Assembly (NCBI GenBank): GCA_000934665.2
Contig: JYFJ02002707.1
Coordinates: forward strand, 1 to 52,616
Source: Catajapyx aquilonaris
Taxonomy: Eukaryota
DNA: 52,616 bases
Reading direction: 5' to 3'
Shown here: positions 37,201 to 48,023 of the stretch, one piece after another
How the letters are laid out: every line of letters begins with the position of its first letter
How positions within the stretch are numbered: position 1 is the first letter of the stretch
Made by a program: the position numbers and the translations under genes
Notes under the pieces: generated by a model
Told to the model about the DNA's origin: nothing
Seen by the model: the letters and a program-made list of their open reading frames with translations, nothing else
The model's database searches: none

Positions 37201-39918
37201 CGGAGGGGGTGTTCCGGGAGCTCTTCCAGGGGCTCCATGGGTCGATCGGGATGCAGCGCTGTGACTACCACGCAACTAGGCCTAGCACTATACTCTAGTT
37301 GTGGTATGACGTGGGTGGGTAGATGCCCACATAGAAAAATTCGGAGGCGCCCATCCGGGGTGGGTGACAGGTGAATGTGTCGGAAGATTCGACAGGGAAG
37401 GGTTATCAAACTGGGAGTGGAATGGCGCCATTAGGGGAGGCACAGGCTTTTGATCAAGCCTTGCCCTTAGTGTGATGGATATTGAGTGGGACTTGCACTT
37501 TGGGCTCCATATCGCGGGTGAACACTAGAGATTTGCACCAATCCCTGCATTGGCTCATTACCTTACGATGGAACAAATTATTACAATTGAATGATGGTAC
37601 TACCTGTCTACACCCAGGAGAAAGTAGTTTCATTTAAAAAATTGATATTCCTACTAGCGAGTTGCAAGTACATTGTACTTGAAGCCCCCCCCCCCCCCNT
37701 TCGAGTATATAAAAATTCCTTACAGCCAAGGTCCCCTGCCTGCATGAATTTTAATGATTGAATGCCGGAATGAGCGACCGATTATAAACGTCGCTCAAAG
37801 GCCATATTTACAAAACTTTTGAAAAATAAAAGTGAAACACATTGTATTAATAAGGTATAGTTTAATAGGAGTAATATATTGGATTATAAAACTAATTTTT
37901 GTTTCGTTAACATGATTAGCATCGCACATTCATTGAAAAATCTCGCAGTAATATTGTAGATGTGAATGATAAAATATCGTAATCCATTGAAAATGTAGCA
38001 TTACTGTAATGTATTCTGATGCGTAGAATATGCAAAACGTTACGCTGGAAAAGTTGTGCTTCACCCTACGACACGCTCAATTCGCTTCTAAGAGAACATT
38101 CATCACCAGGGTCACGCATGGATCTAGTTATGACATCATGGAAGGGGTTCATTTAAGCCAATGATACGAAGCAGGCAAAATGTGATACGCTAATGGAGGC
38201 TCCAACGTCAGCAAAGGCTGGCATTGTGAAAAATAAAATTACTAAAACGATAACAAGTGACAACTATTGCGGCCAAAAAAAAAAAAAACAGGGTGTTCCA
38301 AATTCGTGGGTCGTTTTCATGTAACTGATATCGCCCGATAGCAGTTATTTTTGTAGCTTGTGCCCCTAACGATGTGCCCCATTCTATAACTACTGCTATA
38401 GAATGGGACACATGGTTAGAGGCACAACAAGCTACAAAAAAAACCTGCTATCAGGCGATATCAGTTACATGAAAACGACCCACGAGGCCACGAATTTGGA
38501 ACACACTGTATATACGCATTACCACTATAGTTACAAAATAGGACAATTGGATCACCGATGACAAGCGACACACAGGAGAGAAAAACAGGAACAAGAAATC
38601 TGGCCCATAACTCGCTTTATATGAAGTTTTTGTTTATAACTATGTAGACTAGATCCCGCATATTGTATGCGCTACTGCATTAACCGTACAGCTTACACAT
38701 ACAGGCTTCACATTATGTTTGTATATGCAGTTAATTTTATACCTCCCGCATAGGCCTACAATGAACTTCAAACAAACATGCAAAACAGGATGTTGAGAAT
38801 ATTCAAAATTAGCCATGCATTATATTCATATTTCAGCAGTTACCAATCATGCTCTTGCATAAAAGAATTTAAGATACCTAATTAACTGCAATTGTTACTT
38901 TGATTTATACAGTTCACACGTATGCTAACTGTAACTGGCACATGCAAAGTAAATATTAGACCCAGTCTCGGAGATTGCAAGATGTATTCGGATGTGGCTA
39001 TCCACGTTGTCAAATTTTTAATAGTACATGGTGTGGTAATTGGAAACGATTCCCTAAATTACTAATGTATGCAGTACCGGTACTGTACAGTTCGGTACAG
39101 TTGGCCTCAGGGCAAATGTGCTTTCATAAAACCTAGCGACGCCCATGGTGGGCTGACGGAACAGTTCAGACAGTTCTTCTTCTGGTATACTAAATGTTCA
39201 CTTCAACCATGTTAATATTCGTTATTGCCGGTCACTTTTCCCGTAAATTGGATTAAAATTAAAGCCAATGTGTGCGGTGTAACCAACCGGTCCATTATGG
39301 GAGAACCGTAACGTTCAGTCTTTATTCCATCAATAATCAGGTGCATAATTATGATTACAACCATAATATGACAGTGATACCGCATTATTTGACAGTCCAC
39401 AATAGCTCTTAACTTGGATGTCATTTCGCACTTGAAAAACGATACTGTCACATTGCACTACATGCTTTAAAAACTAACGACATTTTTCAATGCGCTGATG
39501 TCCATAAACGTCACCGTGTGCTTATTTATGCATATAATTTAACAAGGCTCAGATCCTCAGAAAGAATTTCCCTATAGTGAATGAAGAGCCACACATCGGC
39601 CCAATTTTTTTTTTTGTGAATCGACTTTAATATTTAGACTATGACACATGGCGCCCAAGTTAGACCCACACACCCACACCCAAAATCTGAGTCGTGAAAC
39701 ATCACCGCACCTTTACAACCCTTTTCCTTCGTGTCTTCTGACACGCAACCCTTCTGACCAACTCTGGTCTTACCTTTGTCACGCTTATTCTTATGTCGAT
39801 GTCTCCTCCTCCGCCTAGTCTGTTTGGCTACCCTGAAGACAGGTTCGTCCTTGGTCTTGGGAGCCGGCGCCATCAGGTTAAGGAGGCGTCCCGAAGGAAC
39901 CTCCAATAGCACGCGCAT
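13578..39918 (-). CDS. RUSC2: RUN-domain protein, RUSC1/RUSC2 (NESCA/iporin)-like; 10-exon model join(39918-39774,26770-26521,25175-24944,22322-22227,20964-20733,20332-16871,16807-16514,15311-15206,15126-14874,14807-13578), about 2099 aa
   Basis: All nine introns are GT-AG and the phases chain (1,2,0,0,1,1,1,2,0) into one open frame of 6300 nt. RUN motifs LCPAMYALLSDGL..WKVVEAS..GPLTKAL..KFNAFIFGLLNIRSL..HYHPEAFL..QPLSLLPFRLDLLF match the RUSC-type RUN domain as I recall it. The symbol denotes family (probable co-ortholog of RUSC1/2). Confidence 0.85.
14874..15126 (-). CDS. RUSC2: RUSC-like gene exon 9, end of RUN domain
   Basis: TTTTCAG| (N)IRSLGSWL...HYHPEAFL...QPLSLLPFRLDLLFE... CAG|GTGGAT; phase 2 to 0. 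Confidence 0.9.
15206..15311 (-). CDS. RUSC2: RUSC-like gene exon 8, RUN domain core
   Basis: TTTTCAG| GPLTKALNDL...KFNAFIFGLL |GTAAG; phase 1 to 2. Confidence 0.9.
15735..15970 (-). mobile_element. tRNA-like cassette (15822-15894) flanked by inverted repeats
   Basis: GGTCCCGTAGCTCAGTGGCAGAGC...CCAGGTTCGATTCCTGGCGGG with intact D and T arms; flanks CTGTACATTTAGGGAAC / GTTCCCAAGGTACAG. Confidence 0.6.
16514..16807 (-). CDS. RUSC2: RUSC-like gene exon 7, start of RUN domain
   Basis: 63-nt upstream intron; ALVKAVTSAV...LCPAMYALLSDGL...WKVVEASAQQ; donor AG|GTAAGA. Confidence 0.9.
16871..20332 (-). CDS. RUSC-like gene exon 6, giant 3462-nt Ser/Asn/Pro-rich exon
   Basis: Contains the 1138-aa ORF; acceptor TCTTGAAG| at 20333, donor AG|GTAAGA at 16870; phase 1 to 1. 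Confidence 0.9.
20733..20964 (-). CDS. RUSC-like gene exon 5 (GEESGSADMSICKTEPLFSPVKE...SVDSLDCD...LTCRANKENYTITFEGS...)
   Basis: Acceptor CAACAG|, donor G|GTATGA; phase 0 to 1. Confidence 0.85.
22227..22322 (-). CDS. RUSC-like gene exon 4, 96 nt (NNREGEMFASVSGSLMAKLDLESSISPPSVSQ)
   Basis: Not in the ORF track. Acceptor TACTTTACAG|, donor CAG|GTCAGT; symmetric phase 0-0, stop-free. Confidence 0.7.
24304..24820. mobile_element. hAT-type MITE
   Basis: Perfect 15-bp TIR CAGGGGCGGATCCAG / CTGGATCCGCCCCTG; 8-bp TSD TATTCTAT / CATTCTAT; a related internal terminus CAGTGGCGGATCCAG near 24503. Confidence 0.85.
24944..25175 (-). CDS. RUSC-like gene exon 3 (YKEEEE...LARHLDANLAEIDMETFRSEDIHSLLTLP...)
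   Basis: Acceptor TTTTTTGACAACAG|, donor CAG|GTGAAG; phase 2 to 0. Confidence 0.85.
26521..26770 (-). CDS. RUSC-like gene exon 2 (GVGRGMTEEGATVPPDCNSNP...FIQDNTDDQWFLDYG)
   Basis: Acceptor TTGCAG| at 26771, donor GG|GTGAGT at 26520; open frame; also carries its own in-frame ATG. Confidence 0.8.
27231..27856 (-). mobile_element. Decayed Merlin/ISXO2-like (IS1595-related) transposase fragment
   Basis: Across frameshifts: WC/LEHSLVATSY/ICSRC ... GSGFRCRSCQRYIS..T...SK ... RDLC ... VGGE ... ETHV ... RPYHR. This is the order of the N-terminal Zn-ribbon and GG..VEIDE..RKYHRG motifs of Merlin transposases. Confidence 0.5.
30522..30603 (-). tRNA. tRNA-Ser(GCT)
   Basis: 82 nt GACGAGGTGGCCGAGTGGTTAAGGCGTTGGACT-GCT-AATCCTATGGGCTCTGCCCGCGCGGGTTCGAATCCCGTCTTCGTCG. 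Full cloverleaf, long variable arm GGGC-TCT-GCCC, A and B boxes, T5 terminator just downstream (30515-30519). One T-T mismatch in the anticodon stem. Confidence 0.93.
31130..32125. mobile_element. Older TIR element (about 110-bp degenerate inverted arms) hosting Sola MITE copy 1
   Basis: GTGAAGACACAGCATGCAAACTGCATTATTGCAT (about 31204-31237) is inverted to ATGCAATAATGCAGTTTGCATGCTGCGTCTTCAC (about 32030-32063); similarity extends outward. Confidence 0.6.
31706..31952. mobile_element. Sola-type (GAG...CTC termini) MITE, copy 1
   Basis: About 30-bp TIR GAGGGGTGTGGGGGAAAAACATGATAACTGAC; 4-bp TSD ATTT. Confidence 0.75.
32254..32323 (+). repeat. (AAT)n microsatellite
   Basis: Pure trinucleotide run of about 70 bp. 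Confidence 0.95.
33896..34233 (+). mobile_element. tRNA-Ser(GCT)-derived SINE, full length
   Basis: Head with GACT-GCT-AATC anticodon arm and GGTTCGAGCCC B box; core GGTTTTATGTGGTTTCCC..AGGCCACAGCCGCCTCCTTCC; long pure (ATT)n; perfect 16-bp TSD AACTACTGGGCGAACT (33880-33895, 34234-34249). Confidence 0.92.
35936..36151. mobile_element. hAT (Charlie-like) MITE
   Basis: TIR CAGTGCTTCCCAA / TTGGGAAGAACTG; repeated GGGGTCGC subterminal motifs; TSD not conserved. Confidence 0.65.
37092..37450 (-). mobile_element. Possible decayed LINE ORF2 C-terminal remnant
   Basis: IFLCGH ... EELPEHPL / ACPVL ... NLVRFL resembles the post-RT GH and EH..CP zinc-knuckle region; heavily degraded. Confidence 0.3.
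38289..38508. mobile_element. Palindromic Tc1/mariner-type MITE
   Basis: CAGGGTGTTCCAAATTCGTGG ... CCACGAATTTGGAACACACTG|TA; nearly the whole element is one hairpin. Confidence 0.82.
39774..39918 (-). CDS. Candidate first coding exon of RUSC-like gene (MRVLLEVPSGRLLNLMAPAPK...RRRRRHRHKNKRDK)
   Basis: ATG at 39918, 48 codons +1 nt, strong donor AAAG|GTAAGA at 39773; phase 1 matches the acceptor at 26771. Confidence 0.6.
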
Positions 39919-42640
39919 GATCAAATATGTGAGAAGGAAGACTATCACACGGAGACCATCAGGGATCGGGGAATGGGTGGGGAGGACATGGAAGAGGTCA
40001 CTTTTGGGCACAAAAGTGGCCAGTTTGCCGCCTTTCTAGTACCAGGTCCTAAAAGCCTTCCGACCCGGAAGGTACGGGGTCACAGGTCACATTCACAGAG
40101 GTCCGGCACAGTTCCTCGTAATCAAAGCCCAGTAGGGGAAATGACTGATGTGGGAGTAGAACGCAGTCAGTTGGCGGTGGCAGCACTAGCCACTATTACA
40201 AGCAATTGCAAATCAAGGCTAAGTACATGACTATGCACTTCTTGTAACCAAGTTCAGATGAAACACTATTCCGTGCCATCCAAGTCAGGTCAACGCGCAC
40301 TGTGTGGGCATCTACCCTCTTCACCAGCTTCTTTTTTTTGTGTGTGAAGATGGCCTCTCCTTGGCCCCCTCCATCCGTCGCTGAAAGCTATTTCAAGCTC
40401 TGGCAAAAGACGTGAAGAGGAAGAGGCAGCTTCCAACTTTCCCACTCATCCGGATGGCTCAAACTCATTTTAGCTACTCTCTATGGCAGCTCGCTTGTTT
40501 CACGCGAAATTATGCGCAGGGTTTACCTCCCCGGACTAAGGATGTTCAAGTAATTTCATCTCCCGCCTTCTGATGGGGCTCAAAATTCATTTCGGCCTGT
40601 TGCGCATCCCTGAGGGTGTATAAAACCTCGGGGGCCATTGGACTAAACTGGATTTTTTTTTTTTCACCAAAAAAACACACAAAAACACAAAAAAGGCACT
40701 ACCGACAATGGTTATCGCAAAATAGCGCAAAAGTTCCTAGTGGTACCGAAAATATACAGCAGATAAGAATTTCCTTCACAATATTGAATATGTGCCGGAC
40801 ATATCATGACATACCGCTCTGAAAATATTGAGCGACATCTCGGGGCAAGGAGAGACAGGTCGTCCTTTATTCCAGCAGCTTGACGTCAGCACACCCACAT
40901 AAGACAGGTGACGAGTGTCATATACAAGAAAATATGATAAGAAATAGGAGTCCGTTGTTCCAAGAACCCTTATCACAGCATGAACAGCTAATCAACAAAC
41001 TGGTCTTTAATCCAGTTCATACAGTTCCTAACAAAGGGCAATTCTTTTATCCTTTATTTATAGTTTCGTTCTAGCTCAAAAGCTGTACAGTACACAGCCG
41101 GATGAACAAATCGATATTTGCGATACCGGTACCGGTATCTCATTAGCTTTACATGCAAACTGGTCCGGAACACTTCCGCCTGCGCTTTTTTCCTCTCCAA
41201 TGTAATCATCCGATTTGCAAATTCACTTGCACACGCGGTCGACTTTGGGAGTCATCGACAGAATATGAACGTGGCCAATCAATTTCCGTCGAGATTGCAA
41301 CTGGAGATAGAGTGCGGCGAAGAACACTCGTGGAGAAGAAAATGGCCTGGAAATGCTCCAGAAAACATATCGATTCTTGCTAGATATGGGACGTTTTATA
41401 CCCGGAATTCCCCCTGCGTCTCTGGAGTCAGTCTCATGATACGCTCAATTAAATTAAGTGCCTTGTGTCTTGAACGTATGTGACATGTTGATGCTATACA
41501 ATTACGCTGTAGAAGATTGTTTCTACAATAATTGTGAATTGGACAGCCTATGGAACATAATGTTCTTTTGACTATATATTGCCCTACCACTGAATGCTCC
41601 TCAGTTAAATGCTGCCGTTATAATGTGACACCATTAATATTCTAAATGATACTAATTAGGCCTGGCGTATTGATAACCACATCAAAACATATGTCGATAC
41701 AAATCAGAGTCCATTGTCGATTGATGGCAAAAGCGATATATATCCAACCCACGCATCAGAAACTAAAGAGGTACAGGATGTGTCGCAAAACCCTTTACAC
41801 AGTCTGTGATGCCACTTTTAACAGTCACAACTTTTATAACTCAAATATGTGAATGCTATAACTGCTGCAACCTGTACAGTACAGTACCGGTATATCCTTG
41901 AACATAACATTTGAAATTATACAGGCCACATTTCAGAATGACATGCTATTAACCTGACATAACGGCTTAACTGAATGTTTTACATCAATTGTAAAGAATT
42001 TTGTTAAAGACTCGGTATATTCCCTGAAGACAGCTTCACCATTCCTGTATTTACGCGTATGTAGGCCTATTGAACAGTATAAGTTATGTACTTTTGTTTC
42101 CCAGTTAGGTCCAAGAATTCTATTGCATTTCAACTCACAAATGCTGCCCCCACATATGTTGTTATACGACAAAGTATATTATACAGCAGTGATCCAAGGT
42201 ATTTTTTTGAAGCTATCAGAGGAAACACATGGGTCTACTGTGCTATATTGTCCAATTTTTAATTTTGACACTCTTTCTTTCAAATATATGGTCGCTAATA
42301 AACCCGCTATTAAATTCGCTATACTCCGGCAGGGATGGTGGTACTGATGGGCTTGAAAATTCCAGCACTCAGTTTCCACAGTCACACATTACCATATCTA
42401 ACAAAAATTATACTTGTAAACAAGACCGCAAAATTGTTATGCAGCAGCATACAAACTGTAAGTAACTCTCTGGCATGATATTAACAATATTGTGGTTACC
42501 TGTCACGGCAAAACAATGTGGATGTTGGGCTGTGAGAGAATTCAAGAGCATTCGTGTGTAATTACTGCCAAATCTGCGTACAATATACTGTATCGTACTT
42601 TCCTACAGTATACTACCCTTATTATTATTATTTATATATA

Positions 42641-43280
42641 CAGGGTGTTTCAACTTTTTTGTCCGAACAGTTATCGTAAAATTGCACGTATCTGCTACTT
42701 TGTAAGCAGTGACTTGCAAACGGTGATTTTTCGGAGGAACGGGAAATATTCCCTGCGAATCGTAGGTTGAAGTGGCATACGTGCTGCCCGCTGAAAATTG
42801 AGGGTCAGGGTCACACATGCCATGGGATGTGACCCTCTTTTTCCCCATTCTCCACTCCTTCGACAAATCACCGGTTGCAAGTAATAATAATAATAATGTA
42901 ATAATAATATATACCCCATTATCAGCCCGTTAGGCTTTACTAGGGGGGATTTCTCCCATTTTTTGTCTGGAACTCTTTCCATTTTTACTATACTTTTTAA
43001 TCGGAATTGAGGCAAGGATAGGTAAGGAAGGAAGCGGCTGTGGCCTATGATTACGGTAACGACCCCGGAATTATCCTGCGAGGACCACGGGAAACCACAG
43101 AAAACCATGATCAGGGTCGCCGGCCTCCGGGATTCGAACCCAGGACCTCCCGATTAGCAGTCGGACACCATATCCACTCCACCACTACTGCTTCGGTACC
43201 GGTTGCAAGTCACTGCTTACAAAGTAGCAGCTACGTGCAATTTTCCGATAACTGTTCGGACAAAAAGTTGAAACACCCTG
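42641..43280. mobile_element. Tc1/mariner-type MITE hosting a SINE
   Basis: TA|CAGGGTGTTTCAACTTTTT... and ...AAAAAGTTGAAACACCCTG; about 80-bp TIRs. Confidence 0.85.
42883..43197 (-). mobile_element. tRNA-Ser(GCT)-derived SINE, second copy, inserted in a MITE
   Basis: Colinear with the 33896 copy; 13-bp TSD ACCGGTTGCAAGT (42870-42882, 43198-43210). Confidence 0.9.
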
Positions 43281-44704
43281 CATATACTGTATATCATAAG
43301 TTAGTTGTCTATTTCAAAATTGAGACACATTTCGTTATATCCGCGAGAGGTATGTCATTGGCCAACGGGCTGCTGCCTACTTGAGACATTCATAAAACTG
43401 CACGAACAAACCCTAATCAGCAAGGACCAGGAACACTATCCTATTAGTATTGTTCTACAAAACGTATTTGTTCGTTACGCAGAAAAAAATGCTTCATAAC
43501 TTGATAAAGCTTAATAATCATTGTATTGGAGCACGGGGCAACTCAAAGAACTAAAGAACTAACATTCTAACAAAGACTTCGCAGAAGCAGATTTTCAGAA
43601 AAAGTGAAGAGGCCGCAGGTTACAATAATAATGTCGAGCAGAGAAGGGCATAGGTTACTTCGCGTAATTAAAAACAACCTTCTTTGTGCCTATAACCTTT
43701 ATATCGAGTGACTCCATCCCCATCACTCCACACTTTTCTGAGCCATTGGTATATATGGTCCACTACAGAGATATGGCGATATTTCCTATACATAACATCA
43801 ACCATGGCACTGCCTTTCTATGTAGTTGGATTTCTATTGTATATACAGTAGTTGCCAGATCCCAGATTCCCTTCCTGTGTTTGGCTGAACATAATGTACG
43901 GAACAGGCGGCTCTATTTTATTATCTTTATAAATGAAATTGCTATACAATATTCTAGTTCCGTGTTCCTGACATTTGATAAACACTGTACACAGGAACAT
44001 GTTGACAAAATAATACACAATACTCGCTTTTGATCTCGAAGAGCCCTACATTATTATCATTGCATGCGATTCCAGGTGAGTGATCAAATTCGGAATAGAG
44101 CCATTTGAACTCAAACGAGCCATTGGCTCTTCATAAAAGGGAGCCACGAGGCGAAAGTTCAAAGGACGAAAAGCAATCTCATCATCCGCCTAAGAACAGC
44201 AAAGATGTTCCTCGAGCACAATGAATGAGCAGGACAGCAGTTCCGACAAGTCACAAAGAAGGATATGTCATCAGAAAGGTTCAATGGAGGTGAAAAGTGG
44301 GAGTTAAGAATGCTGGAAGAAGCCCGACAGCAGGGTGAGACACCGGAAACCTTTTCAGGACAGAATAGCTTATTGACAGGCAAGCATTCAGGAAGTAACA
44401 CGACGCAAATAGGATTGGTCCGTAGCTTATCAAATAAATGAAGAACTAGAGATGCAAGATGTGCACGTGGAAAGTGCGGTAAATCAATATCTGGCTCTGC
44501 ATGGGAGGAGGCGTCGTCAGAATAGAATGTTAGGTCGGCGCCATTCCGAAACCCCCTATCCTGAAGGCTACATTCCTCCCAGGTAGTGCCCTACTTACTG
44601 CCATTTAATAACAGTTCGCATATAAATTGCGCAACATTTGATTCCCTCGAATTGTATTTCAGGTCTTCACCTTGTGGCGCCCCTCACTATAGAGGGCAGT
44701 GGTA

Positions 44705-44929
44705 CACTCGTAACCATTTACCTTATAAATTACCTTCTCTGTGCAAAATACCTTCTAAATCCGGAAGGTAAGGAGAAATATAGAAGGTAAGGTCGTGTAG
44801 AGAAGGTAAGAGACACGTGCTACCTCTTTATAAAGGGTAACTGGGAGGCGAACATGAGTCATCTATAAGGTAACTTCGGGTGTAAGGATATTCATCCGAA
44901 ATCTTACCTTCTATTTGGCACTGAGCGTG
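44705..44929. repeat. Array of TTACCTTCT/AGAAGGTAA motifs in both orientations, possibly a CACTA/EnSpm-type non-autonomous element
   Basis: About 8 copies of TACCTT/AAGGTA in 220 bp; CAC...GTG candidate ends. Confidence 0.4.
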
Positions 44930-46287
44930 ATATCTGACGGGAGACATTATATCTGGGTGGGGAGGGCTCTTTTGTATGGGTGAGTCGTGGGATGGCTTGG
45001 TACCGGATAAATGGGTTGCTCCTAACCTGTTGTAGCCTATTATTTGACCACGACCCTGAGTGACCTTGCGAGGTCGGAGGGATGACCTTAGGAGGTCAAC
45101 CTTCGCAACATCTTTTGGTGCAGAATATGCTACATTCTAGTCCGAATGATGTCTTTCACTGTAATGGCCCTCAGCTGCAGATGAGGGGAGGGGGGGGGGG
45201 GGGNGGGGGGGGAATAATTGCCGCTCCGACTCTCAGAGATGAACTATTTCATTTGGGCTACCCGCAGCCATTATATGAAAGGGAGCTTTCAGGAGGAAAT
45301 TAAATTATCGAGACTCCGACAGTCTGGTTCCGCACGACTTTCGTCCTCCCCCAGAAGTTCTCCAAGCAAGTGGAGCATGTAATAGTCAGCCTGCCAGTAT
45401 AAACCATATGTGATAGGCTCAAAAATCATTACTCACTATACACCCAATCACATTTTAAAATTCAGCTTATTTTATTGACGGACTCCCTAATAATCAGATT
45501 GTTAACAATGTGTTTACATCACAGTCTAGATGTTTGACAAGGAAAATTCTCCCCACAGGAGAACACAGAGAAAATACAGTCTCTTGACAATGCCTTGATC
45601 ATAAATTATTGCACGAGAATCTGCAGCATCGCGTTTGTCGACGCTCACAAATAAATAAGTAGGAGAAGACAGCATCCTTAACAAGACTTTTATGTCACCT
45701 GCCTCGAAACAAAACCGAAAAAAAAAAATATCTCGACAATAAATAAAACTTTCGCTAGATTGGATGTCTCAAAAAAAAAGTAGCAAAATGCTTCAAAAAC
45801 CCTGCTGTCAGATGACGTTCCCAAACACACAACACGTGACCTCTCTATCCTCCAGGGCGTAAAGTTGGTTTTGGATGGGTCATTTCAAGCCCAGAGATCA
45901 ACAGGGGACGACGCCCTCTTCATGTGGTGCGTACGGGTCGATTTTTGCTTGTGAACTACGTAATATAACCTGACAGAAATTTATTCGCAGTTTTAGCAGC
46001 GCTTCTGGTGCCAAAAATCATAATGGTGCACTCAGCCACGGTTGATCCACAGGTAGGTGTCGTGCAAAAGTGGTGTTAGATTCCATATTTTGGTCATGAT
46101 TCTGGCTGGGGGGTGTGGGGGGGGGGGGATCCACGTGGTCTTGCAGTCTTTACCTGGGCCGCCTATATTCATATCTTCATTAGACAGAACCACACCATAT
46201 AATGCGGAATTCTACCCCCAAAATCTCATCAATCAGCCTGGTCATGTTCAGCCCAAGAAGCACTACATCATTGGCTTCCACCTTTAG

Positions 46288-48023
46288 GCGGCCATTGTGG
46301 CGAGCGGTAAATTGCTATGTTCCGGGTCCGTGCTGAGCGCCAAGTACGTCTTGACGGCAGCCAGCTGCATCCACGACACCCAAGAGGCCATCTTGCGAGT
46401 TCGGCTAGGGGACTGGAAACATTCTGGCGCAAGACAAATGCGAGACCTACCACGACGTGGAAACTGGGGCGGCCAAGGTTTACGTGCACCCAGGTGGGTA
46501 ACAAAATGGTGGGTGGGAGAAGCAAAGCACGGTCTAATGGCTACGGGGGTGGGACGAATCTCAGAGTTTGGCCGAAGCAAGGAAAAGGGTAGCTACAACG
46601 TCAGAGATGCGGCGGTAATTCAGCTGGAGAAGCCAGTCCACTTTGACTTTGACGTCAGGCCTGTGTCTTCTAGACAAGACAATGGATTTCAAGGAGATGC
46701 CTTTCGTGGCTGGATGGTACCAATCAGTCACATTCATACAAGAATGTTACGATGATGCGAGAATGTCCAGGGCAATATATCCACCAATATGGTTTTTATA
46801 TACAGGGTGTTAATCCTAAGCGTGTCACCAGAAAATGTGGTCGTAGAGGGCGCAGGTGTGAGCATTTTTGCATAAGGAACTAGGGGTCGGAAGCGCACCC
46901 TCACCGAGTCAAGTTTTCGGCAGGCAGTGTGCAAGAGGCGTGCGGCACGCGGCGGAGTGACTCGGTGAGGGTGCGTTTCCGGCCCCTAGTTCCTTATGCA
47001 AAAATGCTCACACCTGCGCCCTCTTCCACAACCTTTTCTGGTGACATAGGATTAACACCCTGTATACAGCAGTTAGATTTTAATAAGTGCAAAATTGCGT
47101 CTGTGCGTTATAACTCTAACGCTATTATGAAACAACGTCAACCATGGTCAGTCGTAATAAAAAAGACTGGAACGGACCACTTCACTGTAAAACAGATGTC
47201 TCCAACACAGTGGACTTCATAATTTTGACATGCTCTATATACCGAACAATACAGCGAACTCGTAGCTCCTGATCCATGTCTGCTTTAAAAAAATTAACAT
47301 CAACTGTGACTTAAAACCTGCAATTATATTACTCAAGTGCTGTAGCTGATGAAGTGCTATAGCGGCCAAACTGATGGAAACTATTAATATTGCGAGGTTC
47401 CAACGAGTTCACTGGAATTTCGGATAATGGGTATAGCCCTAAATGCATGGAGTAGCGGAATTCCGGACTATGACGTCCGATACGTTACCATATATATTCG
47501 CATGGAGCAGAAACATTTGCCGAATTCCAGCTCGCTCGTTATTAGAGCCTAGCACTCTGGCCGCAATAGTAGGCTATACAATTATTAAGGGCAGATTTTA
47601 TCGCAGTCAAATTTTTCGTCTGAGGCACTTGATGAAAATCTGACCATAAAATACCTGTGCATCACAAAATGCGTTCCTACAACCACCACACATGGAAGCC
47701 CATTATCCAAGCCCCCTCTTTGACTCTCCGTGCTTTTGGTCTGCACAACAATGCAAAGTCCTGAAACGCACCACGGTGGTGGCCATTGAGTCAGGTGCGT
47801 GTCTCGCACTCATGCAACAAGAAGGATTCGACCAGTTCAACCTGAGTTACGACCAATCCTGTCGCCTAGGAGTGGGCGATTCAGCATGCAAGTTGGGAAA
47901 ACCCCACCACCACATTTACGCACACATTCCCATAATTATGTACACTCCTTTTGTTTTCAGTCTGACATTAGAGCGCCAGTTACCTGTTTCGTCAATGACA
48001 TGATTCACCTCATTGCCGAATAA
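46288..48023 (+). pseudogene. Trypsin-family serine protease homolog (non-catalytic) pseudogene; exon remnants 46288-46493, 46565-46716, about 47747-47892, 47961-48023
   Basis: LCSGSVLSAKYVLTAASC..LRVRLGDW / (frameshift) ..KVYVHP; DAAVIQLEKPV..VRPV / (frameshift) ..FVAGW; VLKRTTV..C..DSACK; SDIRAPVTC. These are the chymotrypsin-fold motifs in the correct order, with 71-nt and 68-nt introns. Two frameshifts and an apparently broken donor (TT at 47893). Confidence 0.8.
46803..47062. mobile_element. Tc1/mariner-type MITE (about 105-bp TIRs)
   Basis: TA|CAGGGTGTTAATCCTA ... TAGGATTAACACCCTG|TA; lies in an intron of the protease pseudogene. Confidence 0.88.

Noticed and set aside
45040..45110. 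TGACCT/AGGTCA clusters as nuclear-receptor elements
   Set aside because: Such motifs are common in invertebrate repeats; no independent support.
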